From an uncultured Chitinophaga sp. (GTDB lineage: Bacteria > Bacteroidota > Bacteroidia > Chitinophagales > Chitinophagaceae), in the NCBI GenBank assembly GCA_964453625.1, contig CAYVSH010000001.1, forward strand, positions 6,080 to 70,079: 64,000 nucleotides of DNA. The letters are read 5' to 3'. Position 1 is the stretch's first letter. Each line of letters begins with the position of its first letter. The notes under the pieces were generated by a model that was given only the letters and a program-made list of their open reading frames with translations, did not search any database and was not told the DNA's origin. Of the stretch, positions 11,201 to 19,989 are shown piece after piece. The position numbers and the translations under genes are program-made.

Positions 11201-12540
11201 TTTGTATAACTACCAACAAGTGGATTTGAATCTTGCTTAAATGAATACTCATCTGTTGACACTCTATCACCATCAAACACTACAGCTCCCAATTCACAAC
11301 TAACCGGACCAGATGGAGGTGTTAAAAAACCTGATATGGGCACATGTAAAGCCGGATCTCCACCATTCATAATTACTGAACCATCGTATACGGTAAGGTT
11401 ACGTACTATTGTAGCCGGATCAGCATAAGCAATTACAATTGTCCATCCGCCTGCACCATTTACAATACCAGCAGGGCTGCAAACATTAGCAATAGTATAT
11501 GTTCCGTTAGGACTTGTCGGATTAATTAGAGAAGTAATATCAACAAAACACCTATAACCGGTATGTGGCAAACCAGGTACTAAAGTATTATTATGATAAT
11601 CAGTTTGTGCTGAAGTAAGATCTAGGAAGGTGCCAGACCCGGGTAATCTCAATTTCACTGCGTTCTCACCGGTTATCCAACTCGTATTTGTTCCATTTGT
11701 ACCTTGAGTTGCTCCCCAATATAATCCTGCAAATAACACCTGGCTGCAACTCGGTAAACTAAGATCTGCACTGGATGAATTAAATATTGTTGGATCGACC
11801 CCTTTTAATTCAAGATTAAACGACATATCAGAACTTGTGGCATTTGCCTGATGAACTTCAACAGCAATATCATTATTTCCATTAACAAATGTGGAAGTTG
11901 GCACTGTAATAGTAATGACAGCATCCTCAACAGCTGATGATGCAGCAGTTGTATTGATAATTGCACCAGCCGGCATATTATTACGGCTAACTTCTACACC
12001 ATTTACATATAAAACAAACCCATCATCCCGTTCAACATTAAAAGTAAATGCAGAATATAAAGAAGTGTTTGGGATGCTTATCGTTTTTCTGAAATAGGTT
12101 GTAATCCATTTTGAGCAGCCATTTGTTGGAAAACATATATTACCATTACAACCATAAGGTACACAGGTTGCCTCGTCGCCATCACCATAGCCTAATTCAC
12201 CAACACCACTTGGCCATGCTGCATCATTATAGCCAAGACTCGTCCATGAACCAGATGGTGCAGAGCCGGTAGCAAAATATTTCCAACTTGATCCAAATGG
12301 TATGATTGTAGTTCCGTTAATATCTATATTAACTGCAGTATTTCCATTATTAACTGCTGAACCACCCGGAGGTGCTTCTGTTGTAATTACTCCTGCCGAA
12401 GAGACAATGTTATTTGCTACAAAAACAATATTCCCTTTTACTGATGAATTACTATAACGCACAGTCATGGGCCTTAAGACCTGTGCAGAAATAGAGTGGC
12501 CCGAAAGAATCAGTAGAAGTATAAGTTTAAATGTTTTCAT
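8212..12540 (-). CDS. Large T9SS substrate: DUF3344-like domain with inserted jelly-roll module, DUF11 domain, thrombospondin type-3-like Ca-binding repeats, CTD
   Basis: [17 protein letters not shown] and GGWTIVIAY (DUF3344-like); [27 protein letters not shown] (DUF11); many DxDxDGxxD/N repeats; IFPNPVKD...GTYYLRI CTD. Confidence 0.8.
   Translation of the reverse strand: [1442 protein letters not shown]
8900..10215 (-). repeat. Coding Asp-rich DxDxDG(I/V)P(D/N) repeat tract (TSP3-like)
   Basis: Many imperfect repeats in translation, e.g. [54 protein letters not shown]. Confidence 0.85.
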
Positions 12541-12572
12541 AGATAATCTTTACACATCACAGTATTTTTAGC

Positions 12573-15224
12573 TTAGTTTATTAATATTTTCTGCGACATC
12601 TTTTCTCCTTCGTTATTCATGATTTCAATTATATGCATTCCCGGTCCTATCAAAATATTCTTATAAGACAATCCTGATGCACAGCTAATCAGTTCATTTT
12701 TTAATTCACGGCCTTGCAAGTCAAATATTTTTAGCTGGTATAAGTTTTGTAATGTTGAATTTATCTGAATAGTTACAATACCATTACCTGTAGCCATCGC
12801 CTTAATATCAAAGTCTTTTCCGGTATTATTGACTATTTTTTTTACTTGTAAATACTCTTTATGATCATTTAAATCAGTTTGAGCCAGTCTGTAGTAACTG
12901 ATACCAGCTAAAGGACTAAAATCTGTGAATGCATACTGTCGGACATCAGTTGAATTTCCGGCTCCTTCTACTTTACCAATTGAAATAAACCCGATGCCAT
13001 TTGCTGATCTCTCAATTGAAAAATGTTTATTGTTTGTTTCACTGTTAGTACTCCAGGTTATATCAACTTTATTATTGTTCAATCGTACATTATAGTTTAA
13101 TAACGAAACCGGTAATGTACCGTTAGCAGTTACATTAAATTGATCGGCAATACATCCAAATGCATCGGTAACTGTATATACGGTGGTGGTGCTGTTGGGT
13201 GGAGTAACATTTACTGTTCGGGTTGTACCGCTTGTGTTTGTCCATGTATAATTACCTGATTGTGGCCATGAAGCGGTAAGGTTAATAGAGGAGCCATTTA
13301 CTACATTATAATTGTTTGAAGTATTTACATCTTTCATAATAGTAAATCGGTCAAAAATAGAACCATCCCTACGAAGTAGCTGGGCATCTAATCTGTTATC
13401 TTCAACTTCGAAATAAAAAATACCAGCATCATTAACAGCAAATGGCATTGCATAGGCGCCAAAGTTGGTGTTTGTTGATCCGCTAGCTCCTACAGAACCC
13501 GCAACGACATATACTGTTCCATGGTTCGCAGGCGATGTATTATATACATAAGGACATGTGGTATTGCTGTTATAAGTAGCACTAGATGTACTAACAGCAT
13601 GTGTAGGTGCATTAAAGGTTGTCCATGCACCGGTGAAATTTCTTAAGAGATATCCTCTTTCGTATGCATGTGAGTGGCCACAAATTATTAAATCAACTCC
13701 TCTTGCTTCAAGAAAGGTGATAAAATTCTGACGTATGTTTACTAGATCACTCTCAGTGTCAGAATTATGACTGGATTTTGTATATGGTGGGTGATGCCAG
13801 TAAGCTATTGTCCATTTTTTTGTATTAGCTGCCATATCTGCTGCAATCCAGCTTTTCATTGCACTTGTACCTGATGTTTGCATATCAGTACCGTCACTTT
13901 CTACACCATATGAGTCCAATGAAAGAAAATGAACGTTTCCTACATCGTATGAATAATAATTCTGCTTATTAGATGCCACACCGCCAGCTTCCCCATTTTG
14001 AGGAACACTGAAAATTGTATGATATGGCATTGATCTTGATGTTTTGTTTCCTGAATTATTTCCATAGTCATGATTTCCAGGAGCCGGGTATAGCTTATGA
14101 TTTCTTAAAATATTATTTCCATAGATATTAAAAAAGTTGTTAGAATACTCAGTTTCTGTTCCCGACGAATAAGCATTATCGCCCATTAGTATCCAGGCAT
14201 CGGGTGCATCTATATTATTTACAGAAAGATAATTTAAATAGTTAGCCAGATTGTTATCCTGGTATGTTGGATTATTTCTGCCGCAATCTCCAAAAGCTGT
14301 TATCCTTATTTTTCTGGTTGTATTGGGAGGAGGATTTGTAGTAAAGAACTGCTTGTTGTTGGCAAGCTGCATATTTACAGAATTTCCGATACGATAAAAA
14401 TATTTGGTATCTGGTGTAAGTCCGGTTACGGTTACAATATGATCAGTTACATTAGCAGCATCATTTACTATTATTGGATATGTTCCATATACTGTTCCCA
14501 GTTCAACCCTTGAATTCTGAGCTGTTGTTGTCCGCCATCTAAGGGTAATAGATGTTTGTGTACCAACTTGCAGATATGGCCCACGAGTCAAGGTAGCAGA
14601 AAATGCATCATTTCCCAGTAACTCTAGATTAAAAGAAATATCAGAGCTGGTAGAGGAAGGCGGCGAGCCCGAAACTGTAGCCTGGTGTATTTCGACAGCA
14701 ATAGTATTATTTCCTGATACAAAAGCTGAACTAGCCACAGTAAAAGAAATAACAGCATCTTCAATAGCTGAATTTGCAGACGTACCATATGAAATTACAG
14801 CCGGAAATGCTGGCATGTTGTCTCTGCCTACTTCAACTCCATTTACATAAACAACATACCCATCATCCCTTTCTACATTAAAAGTGAAATTTGAATAAAC
14901 AGAAGGATCTGGAATATTGATTACTTTACGAAAATAATATGCAGGCCATTTATTACCGGAAGGTGTACATAAGGTTCCGCCACCGCCAGATGGTATACAA
15001 GTAGCTTCGTCACTGTCTCCATATCCTAATTCACCATTTCCGGATGGCCAAGCCGCATCATCAAATGAGGTTCCCGTCCATCCTGTTGGAAAATTTGCTT
15101 GTGTATTGGCCCAATACTTCCAACTACTACCATAACTAATGATAGATACTTGTGAGGTGGAAACAACAGAACATGCTGTGAGAAGTGAAAGTATAATTAC
15201 TTTTAAGGATAAAGGCTGATTCAT
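12573..15224 (-). CDS. T9SS-secreted purple acid phosphatase / metallophosphoesterase with N-terminal jelly-roll and Fn3-like domains
   Basis: All five PAP blocks present: FGDCG, [30 protein letters not shown] Ig-like domain and C-terminal CTD. Confidence 0.9.
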   Translation of the reverse strand: [883 protein letters not shown]

Positions 15225-15401
15225 GGTACTGGATTTTATCTAGTGGCTTTCCTAGAGCAGATAAAGATTATACGAAAGATTAAGAAATCATAATTAATTA
15301 AAATAAAAAAAACCATTAGGCTGTAAAGCAAGAACATTTACGTAGCACAAATTCGATGAACTAAATAAAAACTCTTATTTTAGATTAAATATTTTTATCC
15401 G

Positions 15402-17252
15402 TTGAAAAATGCAAAAACCACACTTCGTAGTTTATCAAAAGTTACCAGTATTACAATTTTATTAATCTCTATTCAGTTTTCTTTCACACATCACTCCACT
15501 TCTGTTTCACAAAATATTGACCATTATTTTCTGGTAGAACTACAAAAACTAAAAACTGAAATCAATAAACTCAAAAAGGCAGCACAATTAAAATACCCTC
15601 AAAATAAAATTCAAAATGATTTTCTAAACTGCCGGCTTGTGTTTAAGAAAATAGCGGTACTAACAGACTATTTTAATCAGCTTGAAACCCGATACCTTAA
15701 TAGTCCCGCAATTAACAGAATTGAATCAGAAGTATCAGACCTTATCATTGAACCCACCGGTTTTCAGGCGATAGAACAAATTTTGTTTTCCAAAATGGAG
15801 AATAATTTCTATCCAACGCTTACAACTCTTGCAGATGGAATGCTTAATATCATTTCTAAAATGGAGAATGAACCTGGAAGAGAATTTAAATTTAAAGAAG
15901 AACTTGTATGGGATGCGATAAGGTCATCAATAGTTCAAATCACAACTACAGGTATCACAGGATTTGATTCACCAGTAGCATTTTATTCATTACCTGAAGC
16001 TATTGCCAGCCTGGATGGTATAGAAGCATTACTTAACTTTTATAAGCCATTAATAGAAATAAAAACAAAAGAGGATTTCGAAGAATTAATAACTCATATC
16101 CATCAATCAAAATCTATTCTGAAAAATACCGGAGCTTTCGAGAAACTAAACAGACTAAACTTTATTACAGAATACCTTGACCCTTTATATAAAAAATTTG
16201 TAACACTTCGTATCAAATCCGGAATTAGTGTCCCGGATGGGAAAAGTGCCATAAATTACTATTCAACTTCGATTTTTGATCAAGATGCATTGAATATAAA
16301 CTTTTATTCACCTCCTGAAGATTACTGGATAACGGACGATCGGATAAAACTGGGAAGGATACTTTTTTCTGACCCGATACTATCAGGCACAAAATCCCGC
16401 AGTTGCGCCTCTTGTCATCAACCTGGTAAAGCATTTACCGATGGCATTGCAAAACCATATGCTTTAGACGGTAAAATACTATTATCCCGCAATACACCCA
16501 CTCTCTGGAATTCAGGATTCCAAACAAAACAATTTTATGATAGCAGAGCCGATATTCTGGAAAATCAATTAGGTGAAGTAGTACACAATACTGAGGAAAT
16601 GCAAGGTTCATTAAAAATAAGCGTACACGAATTGTCGAAGAATTCTTTTTATGTTGAAATGTTTAAAAAAGCGTATTCAAAAGAAAATGACCCTATCAAT
16701 ACATTCACTATTGCAAATGCGATTTCCTCTTATGTTCGTTCTCTCCGATCATTGAATTCACGATTCGATAAATATATGCGTGGTGATAAAAAGCAATTGA
16801 CAGAGGCAGAAAAAAAAGGTTTTAATCTTTTTACCGGCAAGGCAAAATGTGCTACTTGCCATTTTATACCATTATTTAATGGAGTTGTTCCACCATTTTT
16901 TGCAGATACTGAATCGGAAGTATTAGGGGTACCAGCTTCGAATAATAAAAGAAATGCAAGACTTGACCACGATGAAGGCAAATTTAATTTCACACAGTCT
17001 ATAATTCATAAATTCTCATTTAAAACACCGACATTGAGGAATGTTGAATTAACTGCACCTTACATGCATAATGGTGTATTCAATACCCTTGAAGAAGTGA
17101 TGAAATTTTATAATAACGGAGGCGGTAAGGGCTTAAATATTGACCCGCCAAATCAAACCCTTCCTTTTGAAAAATTACATCTAAGTAAGCTTGAGATAAA
17201 TAATATCATTCTTTTTATGAAAACGCTAACCGATACAACTTATAGTTTTTAG
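15402..17252 (+). CDS. Di-heme cytochrome c peroxidase superfamily protein, MauG-like, with N-terminal helical (imelysin-like) domain
   Basis: CASCH (16404) and CATCH (16848), RNTPTLWN, FKTPTLRNVELTAPYMHNG, EEVMKFYN; TTG start and signal-peptide-like N-terminus. Confidence 0.85.
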   Translation: MKNAKTTLRSLSKVTSITILLISIQFSFTHHSTSVSQNIDHYFLVELQKLKTEINKLKKAAQLKYPQNKIQNDFLNCRLVFKKIAVLTDYFNQLETRYLNSPAINRIESEVSDLIIEPTGFQAIEQILFSKMENNFYPTLTTLADGMLNIISKMENEPGREFKFKEELVWDAIRSSIVQITTTGITGFDSPVAFYSLPEAIASLDGIEALLNFYKPLIEIKTKEDFEELITHIHQSKSILKNTGAFEKLNRLNFITEYLDPLYKKFVTLRIKSGISVPDGKSAINYYSTSIFDQDALNINFYSPPEDYWITDDRIKLGRILFSDPILSGTKSRSCASCHQPGKAFTDGIAKPYALDGKILLSRNTPTLWNSGFQTKQFYDSRADILENQLGEVVHNTEEMQGSLKISVHELSKNSFYVEMFKKAYSKENDPINTFTIANAISSYVRSLRSLNSRFDKYMRGDKKQLTEAEKKGFNLFTGKAKCATCHFIPLFNGVVPPFFADTESEVLGVPASNNKRNARLDHDEGKFNFTQSIIHKFSFKTPTLRNVELTAPYMHNGVFNTLEEVMKFYNNGGGKGLNIDPPNQTLPFEKLHLSKLEINNIILFMKTLTDTTYSF

Positions 17253-17317
17253 TAACTCTTATATTTACAATAATTTGTATCCCGTATATAATGTATTTTT
17301 ACAACTGAATAATTGAT

Positions 17318-18400
17318 ATGCAAATAAACAAACCTGTTATCGGCATTAGTTGCGGCGATTTAAACGGTATCGGTATTGAACTCATTATCAAAACCTTTTC
17401 TGATAATCGTATTCTTGAACATTGCACCCCTGTTATATTTGCATCGAATAAGGCCGTCAACTTTTACAGGAAATCTATTCCGGAATATAATTTCAATTAC
17501 CAGATCATCAAAGAATTTGAACGAATCAATCACCGCCAGGTGAACCTGTTCAATTGCTGGGAAGAAGAAACTTCTATCAATCCGGGCCAATTAAGTGATA
17601 CAGGCGGGAAATATGCGGTTCTTTCTTTACAAACTGCTGTGGCCGCTTTAAAACAAAAACAAATTGATGGACTTGTTACTGCTCCCATTCATAAAAAAAA
17701 TATTCAATCGGGAGATTTTTCGTTTACGGGTCACACTCCTTTCCTCAAAAATATTTTTGATGCCAACGATGTGGTGATGATGCTTTGTGCTGATAATTTC
17801 AGGGTGGCACTGGTTACTGAACATGTTCCGGTAAACGAAATTGCTAAACATATCAGCAAGGAAAAAATCATCAGTAAACTGAATATTATCCATCAGAGCC
17901 TGCAAAAGGATTTTGGCATTGATAAACCAAGGATCGCTGTTCTTGGTTTAAATCCACATGCCGGTGATGAAGGGCTGATAGGAAATGAAGAAGAAAACAT
18001 TATCAAACCAGCCATCAAAGAAGCAAAGAATAATAATATGCTGGTGGTCGGTCCTTATAGTGCTGACGCATTTTTTGCACGGCGTAGTTTTGAAAAGTTT
18101 GATGCAGTACTCGCCATGTACCACGACCAGGGTTTGATTCCGTTCAAAGCTTTAGCCATTGGTGAAGGCATAAATTTCACTGCTGGACTCCCTGCAGTAC
18201 GTACGTCGCCAGATCATGGTGTGGCATTTGACATAGCAGGAAAAAATAAAGCCGATCAATCATCATTTCTTGCATCTGTGTTTGGGTGTATTGATATCAT
18301 CAATCGCAGGAATGGTTTTGCAGAGAACAGAAAAAATCCTTTGCGGAAAATGACAGCTACCATGTTTGCAAATGCTAAAGATGAGGCTATTGAAGAATAA
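17318..18400 (+). CDS. pdxA: 4-hydroxythreonine-4-phosphate dehydrogenase
   Basis: GDLNGIG, VTAPIHK, GHT, LNPHAG, AMYHDQG, RTSPDHG motifs. Confidence 0.95.
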   Translation: MQINKPVIGISCGDLNGIGIELIIKTFSDNRILEHCTPVIFASNKAVNFYRKSIPEYNFNYQIIKEFERINHRQVNLFNCWEEETSINPGQLSDTGGKYAVLSLQTAVAALKQKQIDGLVTAPIHKKNIQSGDFSFTGHTPFLKNIFDANDVVMMLCADNFRVALVTEHVPVNEIAKHISKEKIISKLNIIHQSLQKDFGIDKPRIAVLGLNPHAGDEGLIGNEEENIIKPAIKEAKNNNMLVVGPYSADAFFARRSFEKFDAVLAMYHDQGLIPFKALAIGEGINFTAGLPAVRTSPDHGVAFDIAGKNKADQSSFLASVFGCIDIINRRNGFAENRKNPLRKMTATMFANAKDEAIEE

Positions 18401-19087
18401 TTAATCGAAAACAGTATCGGGTACTCCTTTATTAATAATATAAGAGGAATAAGTGATCTCCACTTCTCCTTTTTTATTCTTCAATTTTTCAGGATTTGAT
18501 TCCTTCTTGCTTCCATCGTCATAATCAAATGTAATTCCCTTCGGTAATTTGTAATCTTTTGTATTGAAGCGGAAAGTAATTTTATCTGCCAGGCCATATG
18601 CTGCATATTTCCCATATACCATTTCTAACTCATAGGTTCCGTTTTCCTTAGTGGTGGTGTTTGCTTTTTTTATCAATAATTGTACTTCATCTATGTAAAC
18701 TGTAGAAAGTACCACATCTGAACCTTCATCTTTTGGTAACAACTTTAATATTCTCAGGTTTGTTTTCGCCTCTTTTCCCATATCAATAATATCAAAACCG
18801 GCATTGCTTACAAATATTGTATTGAGGTCGATATTAACTGACCCTTTGGGGATAAATGAAATACCACTTTCATTGTTAATACGGAGTTTATTAGGTTTTT
18901 TATAATATACTTTCACACTGGCAATCGGTGCTTTGATGAAAACCACATTTGTCTTCATCTTTCCTTTGGCTTCGTAGTCATTAACTTTTGCAAGCTTAGC
19001 TCTGACTTTTGCAACCAACTCTTCAGATGATTGAGCCTGCAACAAATTACAAGCTGCTAATAATAAAATTAATAAACCTATTTTCAT
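18401..19087 (-). CDS. LolA-like outer-membrane lipoprotein carrier/sorting family protein
   Basis: Signal peptide; YYKKPNKLRI, LKLLP, VYID, Y..YIINKGVPDTVF pattern typical of the LolA/LppX fold. Confidence 0.6.
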   Translation of the reverse strand: MKIGLLILLLAACNLLQAQSSEELVAKVRAKLAKVNDYEAKGKMKTNVVFIKAPIASVKVYYKKPNKLRINNESGISFIPKGSVNIDLNTIFVSNAGFDIIDMGKEAKTNLRILKLLPKDEGSDVVLSTVYIDEVQLLIKKANTTTKENGTYELEMVYGKYAAYGLADKITFRFNTKDYKLPKGITFDYDDGSKKESNPEKLKNKKGEVEITYSSYIINKGVPDTVFD

Positions 19088-19098
19088 TCTATAATTCT

Positions 19099-19989
19099 TT
19101 ATGTAAGTATATCTTTCTTTCTAAAAATCCAAACAGCTGCTCCGAAAAAGACGACTATATAAACCATAAGGATGCCAAGGCTTCGTAAAATGGCCGGAAG
19201 GTTTTCTATACTTCCATTGATGGTTGTACCTTCTGCATTCGCTTTTACATAGAAAAAACCTTTCCATGCCACCATATGCGATGTAAAAAGATATGGTTTT
19301 ACAGTTTCATCATAAATAGGTATGTTCATTTCTGATAAGATAGTAAATACGATTACAATGCTCATAGTGGCAATGATAGGTCCGATAGAGTTCTCTGCAA
19401 ACACACTTAATAAGAAAGCCAGGGCAGAAACTGTAGTTAAAGCTACAGCAGCATAACCAAACGCTGCAAAATATCTCCAGAGCACATCCATTCTTTTTAT
19501 CTGCTCTATTCCTTCGGATCTTAAAACCACCATATCATTGGTGCCAAAGATTAACATGCTACCAAACAAAGCCAGTAAAGCCATAACTAGTAACAATGCT
19601 ATAGTATAGATAACTGAAGCGGCGAATTTAACCAGCATATATTGTGTACGGCTGATAGGTTTGGTAAGTGATAGCCGTAACGTTCCCATGTTGGCTTCAC
19701 CGGCGATAGCATCCCCCGATATTAACGCCACCAATAATGGCATCTGAATAAGTAATGTATTCAGTATAACAAAACATATCAGGTAACCATTCAGCAGTTT
19801 AAGCTTAAAACTATCGGTAAAATCAAATGAGCCTGATAGATTACTTAGTAACAGATCAATGTATGATTTGCCATCAAACTTTAATGCTACCTGTATTAAA
19901 AAAACAATTGCAGCTATGGCACCAAAAGCAATGTAAGTTCTTGGTCGCTTAAATATTTTGAATAACTCAATTTTTAGAAGTTTCCACAT
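19099..19989 (-). CDS. ABC-2 type transporter permease
   Basis: IAGEANMGTLRLSLTKPISR motif and about six TM segments; overlaps the ATPase gene. Confidence 0.9.
   Translation of the reverse strand: MWKLLKIELFKIFKRPRTYIAFGAIAAIVFLIQVALKFDGKSYIDLLLSNLSGSFDFTDSFKLKLLNGYLICFVILNTLLIQMPLLVALISGDAIAGEANMGTLRLSLTKPISRTQYMLVKFAASVIYTIALLLVMALLALFGSMLIFGTNDMVVLRSEGIEQIKRMDVLWRYFAAFGYAAVALTTVSALAFLLSVFAENSIGPIIATMSIVIVFTILSEMNIPIYDETVKPYLFTSHMVAWKGFFYVKANAEGTTINGSIENLPAILRSLGILMVYIVVFFGAAVWIFRKKDILT

Noticed and set aside
15260-15300. AAAGATTA repeats in the phosphatase/di-heme intergenic region as a Pho box
   Set aside because: The period is 12 bp, not 11, and the unit does not match TAACA.
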